Shown here one piece after another: positions 28,520 to 38,323 of a DNA stretch of 64,000 nt (the stretch's first letter is position 1; every line of letters begins with the position of its first letter). Made by a program: the position numbers and the translations under genes. The notes under the pieces were generated by a model. That model searched no databases, had not been told where the DNA came from, and was given only the letters and a program-made list of their open reading frames with translations. Origin of the DNA: a virus; the IMG/VR virus record IMGVR_UViG_3300005253_000193, positions 32,001 through 96,000 of that record; one strand, given 5' to 3'.

Positions 28520-28777
28520 ATGAAACGCCTTCTTATCCTCGCCTCCCTCCTCCTCATCGCTGGCTGCGGGCTGACACCTGTTGGTGATCAGTACAGGGAA
28601 GCCGCTCGCATGGCCGCTAAGACCGTCGCCGATCAAACCCTGGCCAACGTCGAATGGGCATTGTGCAATGCCATGACGATTGGTGCTATCACCCGTCGCT
28701 ACGGCCGCATCCCGACAAAGGCTACGGCCTATCGGAATCTGTGCCGCGAGGCCCCGACTTTATTGTTGACGCCATGA
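28520..28777 (+). CDS. Lipoprotein (spanin-like candidate)
   Basis: Lipobox LIAGC after a basic/hydrophobic signal; follows the endolysin. Confidence 0.6.
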   Translation: MKRLLILASLLLIAGCGLTPVGDQYREAARMAAKTVADQTLANVEWALCNAMTIGAITRRYGRIPTKATAYRNLCREAPTLLLTP

Positions 28778-29415
28778 TGGATCCGCTGGCCCAGGTCTGC
28801 GCGTCGCTGTCGCGGCGGGCTTACGATGACAATCCGGATTTTGCTGGCCTTGGGTTTGATCTGCTTGCCACGTTCGATCGCTTTGGCACCCAGGCGTTCC
28901 TGATTACAGATGGTATCAAGGTGATCCTCGTCTTTCGAGGCACCGAACCCGACGAGCCAACGGACCTGATTTCCGATGTATGCTACGTCAAGACCGACTT
29001 CCCCGGTGGTGGGCGGGTTCACTTGGGGTTTGAGCGGGCGTTCGAGCGCGTCTCAGAGGCCATCGGGGCAAGCCTGCCGTCTATCCCCCTGATTATCGTT
29101 GGACACTCCCTGGGGGCCGCTTTGGCGCTTGAGGGGGCCGCTACGTGGAAGACCGAGGCGGTCTATCTGTACGGCTGCCCGAGAGTCGGCAACCGGGCCT
29201 TCGTCAAGCGCATCACCTGTCCGGTATTCCGCTTCGAGAATCACGCCGACCTCGTTACCCACATCCCGCCGCCGACATCGTTTTTGCAGGTCGCATGGTC
29301 GCTGGCCCACTGGCGTCGACCAACCCTCTACCGCCATGCCGGGAAACGGATTCGCCTGTCCGGCCTGGGCCACCGCTCGGCCGCCTACGAGGCGGCGGCG
29401 ATGGGAGCGGGCTGA
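28774..29415 (+). CDS. Class 3 lipase (alpha/beta hydrolase)
   Basis: 'VFRGTE', 'VHLGF', 'GHSLGAALA', 'YGCPRVGN', 'DLVTHIP'. Confidence 0.9.
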   Translation: MMDPLAQVCASLSRRAYDDNPDFAGLGFDLLATFDRFGTQAFLITDGIKVILVFRGTEPDEPTDLISDVCYVKTDFPGGGRVHLGFERAFERVSEAIGASLPSIPLIIVGHSLGAALALEGAATWKTEAVYLYGCPRVGNRAFVKRITCPVFRFENHADLVTHIPPPTSFLQVAWSLAHWRRPTLYRHAGKRIRLSGLGHRSAAYEAAAMGAG

Positions 29416-29445
29416 CGCTCCTCAATCAAACACATCCACCCTTGA

Positions 29446-32256
29446 TCAGTAATCTTCCAGGATTTCTATTGACGAGCCTTCCACGGTTTTAGTGACACGT
29501 ATCACTTGCTGGAATCCTCCATAATCCAGGCTGTGATGCTCAACAACCCAAACTTGTCGCTTCAGTTCCTCGGCCCGTGATTGGAGAAGCTCAAGTAAGT
29601 CTTCTACCCCCTCCGGGTTGAGATGTTGAGTTGGTTCATCAAAGACCTCAATGTTGGACTTGATTCCACTCTTTCCTAGAATGAGATTTGCAAGGCCCAT
29701 GGTTCCCGCCAACCTCAATCTTTGTGACTCGCCGCCCGACCAGGCTTCCCAAGGAACGAGGTCTTCATTGTAGGGGGACTTGATAAAGACCGTGAAGCCC
29801 TTTGTTATGGAACCAGATTTTGTTTCCCGTTCTACATCAAACGCAATCTCCCAATTGTGAAGCCCAAGCTGCATCAGACTGTTGCTGACCTCGACTTCCA
29901 ATTGGTTGAGAGCCTCTTCAATCATGAATAACCTGACTTCCTTGAAGCCCTTTATCCAATACTTGTTACACTCATGTTTGGTCAGGAGATCGTCCAAATG
30001 AAGTACGAGCAGTTCGAGTTCCTTTTCAAAACCAATGAGCTGTTCTTCTGCAGTCGCTATTAAATCCTTGTGGGGGTTTTTTTCTTCCAAGACCTGGTCT
30101 AGATCCTCCTGCGCATCATCCACTTTTTCGGAGAGGTTGTTTAATTCATTTTCATATGTCCTTTTTTCAAGGATGAGTTCTCTTATTTTGTTATCGACCT
30201 TCATCCTGTCATTTTGAAGGTCCTTCTTTTCCTCCTTGAGTTCCTTCAGTTGTTTTTGGATGTGTTCCAAATCCTCGTTTTCATCAGATAGTTTATCCTT
30301 TAATTTATTACCTTCACTTTCAATCCTTTTCTTTTCGTCACGTAAATGCTTGGCGGAGACCTTCTGCCCACAATGGGGACAAGTGTTGCCGACTCCATCC
30401 AGTTTTTTCCATTCCTTTCTGCTTGCATCGATTTTGGTCTCTAGCCGGGTGATTTTTTGTTCCACAAAACCCCTGCTTGTGTTTTCTTCATCAAGATTGT
30501 CCTGCACTTCTTTCACTGCGAGATCAAACTCGGCCAGATCATCCTCAACTGTTTTCATTTCCTTGTTATGGGAGCATCCTTTCCCTTTCTTTTCCTCGAG
30601 CTTGTTCTTGTGGTCCTTTAGAACGTTCTTCAATACTTTGACACGTTCCCTCTCAGTTTTTAAATACCCTTCATTGCTATCATAATAATTTTCCAGATTG
30701 GTCTCGGTGAGGGTTATGTTTCCCTCCAAGGTTGCTATATCAGATTCGCAGGAACTTATCTTGCCAGCGATCTCGGTTGTCCACTGGGTTGCTTCCTGAC
30801 TTTTGTCCAACCAAAAGTCAAGTTCAAACATGTCGGAAAACAAGGACAGTTTTTGAGCCGGTTTAAGATCAAAGAACATGGGGGAGAATTGTCCGGTAAT
30901 GATAGAGTGTTGAAAGGATTCTGAATTGAGGCCAATCAAATCTTCCACAACTTGTTGGTCCACGGTCTCACCGTCAAGCTCCAGATTATTTGGGTTCCAT
31001 GTACGGATCAGTACGTGCTCCTCCCCTGACCTCTCAAAGAAGAGATGACCTGCACATCGTCCTTTAACACCCCAGGTGCAAACGTCCCCTGCCTTGAGAT
31101 TGCGAAGGGTCTTTCCGTAGATGATCCAAAACAATCCATCCCAAATGGTACTTTTGCCGCTATTATGAACAACGATTCCATTTGCCACAAAATTATGACA
31201 ATCTTCAACTTCCATATCGTATACATCTTCATACCCATAAAACTCGACGCTGATAACTTTATGGTTTGTCTTTCTTATGACTACTCCAAAATCAGACAAT
31301 CTATTGTAGACGGTCTGTGTGCTGCATTCACAAATTTTGGCTATTTCTTTTCCGGTTGCACCGGATTTGTAAATATTTTCAAGCCATGCTTTATTATTTA
31401 TTTTTTTCCCCGATTTATTTCTTTTTGCGATCCCAGCATTTTTAATAGCAAGAACCCTTCTTTGCCTATCTTCTTTCCATTGATATTTTATTGTGCTACT
31501 GATTTTAGCTTTTGTGGTAGAGCTGTGTTTCTTTCCCTTCATCCCTTTTGGATGTATGTTCCACATGAAATTTTCTTTTTCATGATTCTTATAAGCATGA
31601 AGGCTTTGATGCTCCACAGAGGATAAACCCTCCAAATTTTCTATTGAATTGTCCCATTTTTTATGATTTTTGTGGTGATGAACATCGTATTGACCACAAA
31701 CCAGTTCACCAATGAATTTATGTTCATATTTTGATTTACACTTAGAATCGTTCAGAACTAAATGGACATATCCATCATATGTTTTTCTATACAAAGATCG
31801 TAAGCTATCACCTCTCTTTAATTCCCCCAATTTACAGTATGATCCGTCGGTCTTTAGAATTGGATGGTCATAAGTTCCTATAATGTAATCATATGAATGA
31901 AAATGCTTATAATCTTTGCCCTCATATGACAGTTTGTAAACTGGCTTTCTTATTCCTGTCTTGCGAACGTCCTTTGCCCTTTTCAAAGTAAAACAATTAT
32001 TTATTTTGTCATAACAGAAAACGTGAAATGTTTTCCCAATAAGCTCGCGGATTGGGATTCCTCTAGTTGAACCAGACAAATCTCTTGGAACATCTACTTC
32101 GGTTGATCCAATTAGACATCCATTGGCTCCGAGAGAGGGTTCGGCTTTGTTATCCCCGATGAGGAAATACAGCCCTGGTGCCTGGTCAGGAAACTCGAGT
32201 GTATGCTTACCCCTAAAGGACTTGAAGTTCTCAAGAACTAGTTTTTGCATCTTCAT
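29446..32256 (-). CDS. sbcC: SbcC/Rad50 (gp46-like) ATPase, intein-containing
   Basis: 'LENFKSF', Walker A GANG|SGKS, zinc hook CPHC, 'WSGGE', 'VFDEPT', 'VEH'. Confidence 0.92.
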   Translation of the reverse strand: MKMQKLVLENFKSFRGKHTLEFPDQAPGLYFLIGDNKAEPSLGANGCLIGSTEVDVPRDLSGSTRGIPIRELIGKTFHVFCYDKINNCFTLKRAKDVRKTGIRKPVYKLSYEGKDYKHFHSYDYIIGTYDHPILKTDGSYCKLGELKRGDSLRSLYRKTYDGYVHLVLNDSKCKSKYEHKFIGELVCGQYDVHHHKNHKKWDNSIENLEGLSSVEHQSLHAYKNHEKENFMWNIHPKGMKGKKHSSTTKAKISSTIKYQWKEDRQRRVLAIKNAGIAKRNKSGKKINNKAWLENIYKSGATGKEIAKICECSTQTVYNRLSDFGVVIRKTNHKVISVEFYGYEDVYDMEVEDCHNFVANGIVVHNSGKSTIWDGLFWIIYGKTLRNLKAGDVCTWGVKGRCAGHLFFERSGEEHVLIRTWNPNNLELDGETVDQQVVEDLIGLNSESFQHSIITGQFSPMFFDLKPAQKLSLFSDMFELDFWLDKSQEATQWTTEIAGKISSCESDIATLEGNITLTETNLENYYDSNEGYLKTERERVKVLKNVLKDHKNKLEEKKGKGCSHNKEMKTVEDDLAEFDLAVKEVQDNLDEENTSRGFVEQKITRLETKIDASRKEWKKLDGVGNTCPHCGQKVSAKHLRDEKKRIESEGNKLKDKLSDENEDLEHIQKQLKELKEEKKDLQNDRMKVDNKIRELILEKRTYENELNNLSEKVDDAQEDLDQVLEEKNPHKDLIATAEEQLIGFEKELELLVLHLDDLLTKHECNKYWIKGFKEVRLFMIEEALNQLEVEVSNSLMQLGLHNWEIAFDVERETKSGSITKGFTVFIKSPYNEDLVPWEAWSGGESQRLRLAGTMGLANLILGKSGIKSNIEVFDEPTQHLNPEGVEDLLELLQSRAEELKRQVWVVEHHSLDYGGFQQVIRVTKTVEGSSIEILEDY
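31162..32118 (-). mobile_element. Intein (319 aa) carrying HNH endonuclease, NUMOD3-like and HTH motifs
   Basis: Starts CLIGSTEV, ends 'VYDMEVEDCHNFVANGIVVHN' before Ser; internal 'VHHHKNHKKWDNSIENL' and 'KGKKHSSTTKAKIS'; AT-rich. Confidence 0.92.
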
Positions 32257-32467
32257 TTGCTAATTCCTCGAAGTTGGTCCACTTGTAATACTCATGATCA
32301 CATTCAGGACATCTTGTATCTGGACCCCGTGGTTTCTCACGCCATTCGTGTCCACAGCCCAAGCATTTATAAGCCACGATGGTTAGTTCGGTTATTTTAG
32401 GGGCCATGGTACTAGGGTTAATGGGTGAGTCGCGCGTGTCGGGGCTGATATCAGCCCCCAGGACCAC
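32231..32467 (-). CDS. Small zinc-ribbon protein
   Basis: CLGC...CPEC. Confidence 0.55.
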   Translation of the reverse strand: MVLGADISPDTRDSPINPSTMAPKITELTIVAYKCLGCGHEWREKPRGPDTRCPECDHEYYKWTNFEELANEDAKTSS

Positions 32468-33473
32468 CCCCCAACAACCTCAATCCAGCCTTGAGCACAT
32501 CTGACCCCACCTCCTCGCGTTCACAGTAGGCTTTTAGGATATCGACTGGGTCCGAAATAACCATATCCCTGTCGGACTTTTTGGGTTCACCTTTGGCTTT
32601 TAATTTGTTGCGGACCATCTCTTCAAGTTCCACTGTGTAGAGATCCAATCCCATTTCGGAGCAGATCTCCTCCACTCTACGTTTTAGGGATCTCCATTCA
32701 ACAAAGGAGGACCTTGGGAGCAGCATCCGAACTTTGACCTGGTCTCCCTCAACAAGTTGCTTCATGTCCCACAACTTTTCTGGATCTTTGATGCTGACCG
32801 TATGCTTCTTGATTGTGGGGAAATGGATATCATGGGTTTCGCCGTATTCATCAATGTGGATGACCCTTGGTTCAAAATTATCCCCGAAGCGGATTTGATA
32901 GGGTGAGCCAACATATTCTATCTTTCCAATTTTTTGTGGTACGTGAATATCACCGCTGTATATTTTGGACTTAACGCCTTTGAATATATCCTCTGATGTT
33001 CCCTCTAACTGCTTGCCATTGGAAGCAATTGCCCCAGAAATGGTTTGGTGGAGGAAAACATATTCAACATTCTCAAAGTCCAAGTCTTTCCAGTCCTCCT
33101 CCGGACAAGATGTGTGGGGGAGAAACCATCCCAACTCTTCATATTCAAGGTCGTGAAATTCTGGCTTGTTGATGAATCGAACTCTTGGCACACTACTCAC
33201 AAAACGGAAAAAGGGATTGTCCTGGTCGACATAGTCGTGATTGCCTTTGAGTAAAAAGAGATTGATCTCCTTATCGGTTAGGCTACAAATCTCCCGCATG
33301 ATACGATTAACCAGATAACTCGAGTGCTTGTCTTTTTCGTCTGTGAGATCCCCAAGAAGAATGATTGTGGATGCGTTGAGTTTATCACATTGTTTTAGCA
33401 GCCAGGGAAAAAGCTCAAAGCGATAGTCATCTCGTGCCCTGCTGGATAAGTGAAGGTCACCTGTGATCAACAT
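32451..33473 (-). CDS. sbcD: SbcD/Mre11 (gp47-like) nuclease
   Basis: 'GDLH', 'LGDLTD', 'GNHD', 'SGDIH', 'YVGSP'. Confidence 0.92.
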   Translation of the reverse strand: MLITGDLHLSSRARDDYRFELFPWLLKQCDKLNASTIILLGDLTDEKDKHSSYLVNRIMREICSLTDKEINLFLLKGNHDYVDQDNPFFRFVSSVPRVRFINKPEFHDLEYEELGWFLPHTSCPEEDWKDLDFENVEYVFLHQTISGAIASNGKQLEGTSEDIFKGVKSKIYSGDIHVPQKIGKIEYVGSPYQIRFGDNFEPRVIHIDEYGETHDIHFPTIKKHTVSIKDPEKLWDMKQLVEGDQVKVRMLLPRSSFVEWRSLKRRVEEICSEMGLDLYTVELEEMVRNKLKAKGEPKKSDRDMVISDPVDILKAYCEREEVGSDVLKAGLRLLGGGPGG

Positions 33474-33660
33474 ACTTTTTCCAATCACCAGATTTGAGTA
33501 ATATGTAAAAGAAGTAAGGATACAATAGTACGAACACCAACACTGTGACATAAGAAACGATCTTGCCACGTTTTTTAAGAAGCTTGATACTCATACGGGG
33601 AACACCAAACCAAGCAAGAACGATTCCGATGGTTAGATATATAAGAATGCCGGTTCTCAC
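33457..33660 (-). CDS. Small two-TM membrane protein
   Basis: Two hydrophobic segments; coupled to neighbouring ORFs. Confidence 0.5.
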   Translation of the reverse strand: MRTGILIYLTIGIVLAWFGVPRMSIKLLKKRGKIVSYVTVLVFVLLYPYFFYILLKSGDWKKYVDHR

Positions 33661-34235
33661 TTCAATAACTTCCTTCTAGTCCTTTTTGTAGTATAGTCAG
33701 AACAGTCGACGTGCCTTGCTTTCTCCAGGAACTCATCCCAAATGTAGATAAACAAATCCCACTCTGGGAAATAGGCCATCAGAATATCGTCAATATGTGA
33801 GTCGTGGTTATCGTTCTCATAAATTTCGGAACCTCTGGTATCAAGACAGAGTATGGTTGGCATGAAGTTTTGCTTGGCAACCATGAAGGGGACCTTTCCA
33901 TGAGCTTTGGCTTCTTTTTTGGCCTTCCACCAGAAAGATACAATCCCGGTTTTGCCCCCAAAGAATAGTTTGTGAAGTTCCAGATCCTTGTAGAACTTGC
34001 ATTCCACAACAAAGGTTCCAATAAACAGATGACCAAGGACATCGATAGCACTAACATCACCCGCCTGGGAGGATGCCAGCTTATCCTTTTTGAGGGATAA
34101 CGTGGCCCTGCCTCCTGACATGGCAGAGCGCCAAAACAGATCATCTCTTTCACCATCACTGATCCAAAGGGAGAGTTCTTTGCAGGTCTTTCTTTCAAAT
34201 TCTCCACCTTTTGGATTACCCCCTCCTTTTCTCAT
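33657..34235 (-). CDS. PD-(D/E)XK nuclease, Holliday junction resolvase-like
   Basis: 'KGGEFER', 'WRSAMSGG', 'GDV', 'VECK'. Confidence 0.75.
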   Translation of the reverse strand: MRKGGGNPKGGEFERKTCKELSLWISDGERDDLFWRSAMSGGRATLSLKKDKLASSQAGDVSAIDVLGHLFIGTFVVECKFYKDLELHKLFFGGKTGIVSFWWKAKKEAKAHGKVPFMVAKQNFMPTILCLDTRGSEIYENDNHDSHIDDILMAYFPEWDLFIYIWDEFLEKARHVDCSDYTTKRTRRKLLK

Positions 34236-34636
34236 TTAAGTGTCCCCCGTTTTTGTCTAAGCCTGGGCCTTACTTTCTTTCTCTTAAACTTCTTGAGCTC
34301 GGCTTTTTCCAGGAGTATCCAGTCCCCAATGTTGGACGAAAGTCTGCTTCTAACCCATCTATATTTGGGGGTAAATCTCTTTCCCCCATAGTATTTCATG
34401 ATGATGTAGTGTTTCCTTGAGTAGCCCCTATTTTCTTGCATTGCTTGGTGAGCAAAGCTGAAAGGACCTTTTACGATTTTAAACTCGTCGTCTTCCCACA
34501 GCCCTATATAGAACTGTTTTTTGTCGGCGTCGTTCATATCAGAGAGAATCCAATCGAATCCAATCGGATTGCTAAAATCAAGAACATCACTGCTGCAATT
34601 GCTATAACAATGACGAGAGGATTTCTTGCCACCCAC
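34232..34636 (-). CDS. Hypothetical protein
   Basis: ORF in operon; real start probably MNDADKK. Confidence 0.45.
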   Translation of the reverse strand: MGGKKSSRHCYSNCSSDVLDFSNPIGFDWILSDMNDADKKQFYIGLWEDDEFKIVKGPFSFAHQAMQENRGYSRKHYIIMKYYGGKRFTPKYRWVRSRLSSNIGDWILLEKAELKKFKRKKVRPRLRQKRGTLK

Positions 34637-34655
34637 ATACGAAAATATGGTTCCT

Positions 34656-35243
34656 TCATGATAGAGAAAGCTCCTTGGCTCGGGCCTTGAATTTTCTTTT
34701 GGCCTGATGTGGGGTCAGAAGCTGGAGGCCTTTTGCAATTGGCTTCTCCACGAAGCTCGGATGCATCACAGACGATCCCCATTCATCTCGGGGGTCTTGC
34801 ATGGGTTTCATTAATTGGTTTTTTTCCACATGCAGCATATAGGTGTCAAGTTCTTTTACCCTTCCGGGAATTGTGGGGGGAAGATAAAAGTGCTTCGCTA
34901 TCCGTAGAAGCAGTTCCTTTTCCAACTTCACAAACCATTCAAACTCGGGCAGCCTTTTGAGTGGTGTTTGTAAATCAGGAAGATATGCTTCGGATGCGTC
35001 ATGAAGTAGACCCCATTCCCTACAATTATTGGGGCAAAGATCGCTAATGTGTATGGAATGTTCAGCTATCGAATAAAAACTTTGGCAATGGCCATTGAAA
35101 CGACATTTCATTGACAGGACGTGAGCAATTTCTTCGATTGTGATTATGAGGCTGTCCAAATCCAAGAGGTCTAGTTTTCTTCCCTCGTAGGTTTGGATCC
35201 ATTCTTTAGTATTTCCTTTTGGTTGGCAGGAATCCAATTTCAA
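34656..35243 (-). CDS. HD-domain phosphohydrolase (YfbR-like nucleotidase)
   Basis: 'IAHVLS..CRFNGH...FYSIAEHS', 'LLHDASEAY..D...PLK'. Confidence 0.85.
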   Translation of the reverse strand: MKLDSCQPKGNTKEWIQTYEGRKLDLLDLDSLIITIEEIAHVLSMKCRFNGHCQSFYSIAEHSIHISDLCPNNCREWGLLHDASEAYLPDLQTPLKRLPEFEWFVKLEKELLLRIAKHFYLPPTIPGRVKELDTYMLHVEKNQLMKPMQDPRDEWGSSVMHPSFVEKPIAKGLQLLTPHQAKRKFKARAKELSLS

Positions 35244-36222
35244 TCTCCTTCCATGCGTCTTGCACTAAGGATGCAATATCAGATAGAAGCTCCTTGTATT
35301 CCTCATCGGGAAGGTCCCAAGCATCCGTGCAAATTTTCACAATATCCTTGTCGTCCAAACCGATCTCATCCAATTTCTTGACTGTCTTCAGCCACTCTAG
35401 ATTTGCTTTGAGATCGTCTATTCCATAACCAAACAGGATGGGGAACTCACATTCCCTAAAAGGCAATCCGATCTTGCACTTGTCACACTTGGCCTTGATA
35501 TTAATGCCTATGGGCCGCTCTACGCCCTTACGTGTACGCTTGAGCGTTTTGATGTGGGAGAGGTACACGACTTGGCTGGCGTAGAAGTCAAGGGCCTTGC
35601 CGCCGCTGCGTGCCGTTTTCCGCCCAAAGGACACTCCTATCCTGTCCCTCACCTGGGAAATAATCATAACGTGTAATTTTTTGCTTTCAATGTTCTTGAT
35701 CTGACGTCGGAATAACTCTGACAACTTCTTGGCCTTAGCAGCGCCATAAGATCCTTCTCTTACATCACGATCAAGTTCGGCCTGGTCCGACAATGCGTCG
35801 AGAGAATCAAGAATGTAAAAGGCCGGGGCATCAGTGTTGAGTTTTTGAAAGATCTCTTCCAGGTGGTCACATAAATCCTCGACGGTGTAACAGTCACTTA
35901 CGAATGTTACTTTGTCAATGGGCATACCCAAGGCGGCAGCATAATCTTCATCAAATGCAGCCTCCGCTTCGTTGAACCAAATACCTCCGTTGTCCGGGAA
36001 CTGATGAGCAAAATTGGAGACGGCTTCGATTCCGAGCAGGGTTTTTCCGGTCGACTTGTCACCGACGACATTTGAGATCCTGCCAAGAGGCCAGCCGCCC
36101 CCAATTATGCAGTTTAGAAGTGTACTTCCGCTGTGGACAAACTCAACATTGGGAGAGGGATTTGAGAAATAGAGTCCGCTCTTACCGGCGCCTCTTTTCA
36201 GTTTTCCTCTTTTTGCCATCAT
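35206..36222 (-). CDS. recA: RecA/UvsX recombinase
   Basis: 'SGSTLLN..IGGGWPLGRI', 'GDKSTGKT', 'SQVR', 'GGKALDFYAS'; likely start MMAKRG. Confidence 0.92.
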   Translation of the reverse strand: MMAKRGKLKRGAGKSGLYFSNPSPNVEFVHSGSTLLNCIIGGGWPLGRISNVVGDKSTGKTLLGIEAVSNFAHQFPDNGGIWFNEAEAAFDEDYAAALGMPIDKVTFVSDCYTVEDLCDHLEEIFQKLNTDAPAFYILDSLDALSDQAELDRDVREGSYGAAKAKKLSELFRRQIKNIESKKLHVMIISQVRDRIGVSFGRKTARSGGKALDFYASQVVYLSHIKTLKRTRKGVERPIGINIKAKCDKCKIGLPFRECEFPILFGYGIDDLKANLEWLKTVKKLDEIGLDDKDIVKICTDAWDLPDEEYKELLSDIASLVQDAWKEIEIGFLPTKRKY

Positions 36223-36301
36223 CCCTCTCCCATTTGTCGTAAGGGATATTATCCCCGTTGAGTGTTTCGTCCAGGGATTCAGCGTCCTGACGCTGTGGCC
36301 T

Positions 36302-37636
36302 TCATTTGCGTGACCGGCGACCCTTGAGTCCTTGAAGTTTCTTGTTGACCCGGCTTCTGCGGTTCTCGTCCGGATCCTCCTCGGGCTCCTCCTCATCCCG
36401 ACGACTCCGACCTCGACGAGGTTTCTCAACATCGTCCTCGTCGTCATCCTTCAGACGACTGCGGCGACGAGGTTTCTCATCCTCGTCCTCATCCCTCCCA
36501 CGGCGGCTGGAGCGCCGCCTGGGCTTTTCCTCAGGCTCGGGCTCCTCCTCTGGCTCGGGTTCATCTTCCTGAAGACCAAGGTCCTCGATGATTTTCTCGC
36601 ACAGCTTCTCCATGCCACGTCTGGTGTCAGGAAACTTGGAAAGGTCGAGGTCGATACCTTCCCTGTTCACGGTGTCCTCGAGGGCGTCATAGTCCATTTC
36701 CCCAATCTCTTTCGCCGTATAGGGATCGTCCTTGGGCTCAGGCTCAGGCTTGGGCCAGGGACCGGGCTCAGGCTCTTCCTCGGGCTCCTCATCCCGACGA
36801 CTCCGTCCCCGGCGACGAGGTTTCTCATCCTCATCCTCAGCCTCGTCCCGGCGACCCCGACCAGGCTTTTCATCCTCGTCCTCTGATTCCTCCTCGGAAG
36901 ACGAATCGCTGGTGCCCATGTGAACCGACGAAATGTGTTCGTAGTCAAAGTAGTTCAGACAGTCGGGGATGGGATGATCGACGACGAAGTCAACCCACTC
37001 GTCGAGCAGATCTTCGTCATCGCAAAGATCCGACGGCTCGCGGGCGATGTCGACCTGAGAGTATTTTGTCTTGAGACCGGACCCCGCCTTGTGAAACTCA
37101 ACGTCGTATCCTTCGTAGGGGTTGTCGATCTGGAGGATTTTGCCGGTTCTCTTGTGGGTCATGCGACCGGCGATTTCCTTGTTGATGGTCCAAGGCATGG
37201 CCCAAAGCAGGGGACCTTTATCTTCCGCCTTGCGGTCGATGACCCACATGACGCACTTCTTGGTTGGTGAGTACTTCTTGGCCAGTTTGCCCTCACCCTC
37301 CTCCTCGGCGCGGCGGCGATCTTCGGCGATGGGATCCTTCTCACCCAGCATCTTGTCCAGGGACAGATATGCTTGCTTGTCAGCGCCGATGCCATAGTGG
37401 ATGAAAATGTTGAAGCCAAAGTGATCGGCGTCGTCCCAGGTGGGAGGAAGGATGCGGATGTCATTATCCCCCTCGTGGGGGACAAACGTGTCGACACCAT
37501 CCACGAAGATGCTGTCAAAGACGCCGCCCTTTTGGGTAGCCTGCTTCCGAACCTCCTCCTTGGTACGAGGCCGGTACTTGAATTTGGGCCGGTCGCCGGA
37601 ATCCCGGCTTCGGCCTCTACTCGGTTTTCTCGCCAT
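36302..37636 (-). CDS. ssDNA-binding protein (gp32-like) with long charged repeat tail
   Basis: 'IRILPP', 'GYDV.F.K.G.GLKTKY'; C-terminal DEDEKPRRR repeats. Confidence 0.75.
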   Translation of the reverse strand: MARKPSRGRSRDSGDRPKFKYRPRTKEEVRKQATQKGGVFDSIFVDGVDTFVPHEGDNDIRILPPTWDDADHFGFNIFIHYGIGADKQAYLSLDKMLGEKDPIAEDRRRAEEEGEGKLAKKYSPTKKCVMWVIDRKAEDKGPLLWAMPWTINKEIAGRMTHKRTGKILQIDNPYEGYDVEFHKAGSGLKTKYSQVDIAREPSDLCDDEDLLDEWVDFVVDHPIPDCLNYFDYEHISSVHMGTSDSSSEEESEDEDEKPGRGRRDEAEDEDEKPRRRGRSRRDEEPEEEPEPGPWPKPEPEPKDDPYTAKEIGEMDYDALEDTVNREGIDLDLSKFPDTRRGMEKLCEKIIEDLGLQEDEPEPEEEPEPEEKPRRRSSRRGRDEDEDEKPRRRSRLKDDDEDDVEKPRRGRSRRDEEEPEEDPDENRRSRVNKKLQGLKGRRSRK

Positions 37637-37781
37637 TTTCGTGTCCTTTCCTGTACTGGTTTAGAAACTCCGTTTTAGCTTTGAAGTAGGCTGTGGAAAC
37701 AGCCCTTGCCACAAGGTAAGCAACGGGAATGCAGATTACAATCAAGATAATTGCGGTCACCCAATTTGTGATATTACTCAT
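37617..37781 (-). CDS. 54-aa membrane protein (not in the ORF track)
   Basis: MSNITNWVTAIILIVICIPVAYLVARAVSTAYFKAK...; GGAGG SD. Confidence 0.55.
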   Translation of the reverse strand: MSNITNWVTAIILIVICIPVAYLVARAVSTAYFKAKTEFLNQYRKGHENGEKTE

Positions 37782-38323
37782 TTATTCCTCCTCCTTTTCA
37801 GAGGAGGTCTTTTCTTCCTTTCCTCAGTTGCTACACGTATGTTGCGTTGGGCTACTCGTTCTCCGGCTTCACCTCTTGATACAGACTCGGTTGCAAAGTA
37901 ATTGGCCATAAATAGATTGACCATTTCCCGAAGCATGTAGGCCCTTTGGGAAAACGCATCCCTCAGAGCCCCCAACTCATCGGCTTTGCGTTTTGTTTCA
38001 AGGTAAGCCTGCATATCGGCCCCGTGATCTTTGTGAGCTTGTACTTCGGCGGCAACCAAGTCCATAGTAGCTTTCGTGCCCTCTTTTTCCAACGCATTAC
38101 GAACCTCGAAGTTAAGGCTTGCGTCCGTGACAGCCAAATCCTCCTTGGCTCCATCCCTTTCGGATATAGCCAAAGCGTGAGCTTGCCCGACCCTAAAGAA
38201 AAGCTCAGGCTGTCTGATTAGTTCCGTGTCCAGGTCGTTCGGATTAATCTGGAGCATGTCTCCAAATTCCTTAATGTCCATTTTTATCGCTCCTTCAATC
38301 GTAGATTGCCCGGCCGATGGCAA
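37778..38323 (-). CDS. UvsY-like recombination mediator
   Basis: 'LQINPNDLDTELIRQP', helical, 'AFSQRAYML'; next to SSB and RecA. Confidence 0.55.
   Translation of the reverse strand: MPSAGQSTIEGAIKMDIKEFGDMLQINPNDLDTELIRQPELFFRVGQAHALAISERDGAKEDLAVTDASLNFEVRNALEKEGTKATMDLVAAEVQAHKDHGADMQAYLETKRKADELGALRDAFSQRAYMLREMVNLFMANYFATESVSRGEAGERVAQRNIRVATEERKKRPPLKRRRNK

Noticed and set aside
29416-29446. att site or terminator at the convergence of the two arms
   Set aside because: Only about 30 bp, with no clear hairpin and no integrase seen.
36223-36447. N-terminal extensions in the ORF track (RecA; also KdsC, NeuA, SbcD, lipase, J)
   Set aside because: They overlap upstream genes; downstream starts with SD or stop-start coupling fit better.
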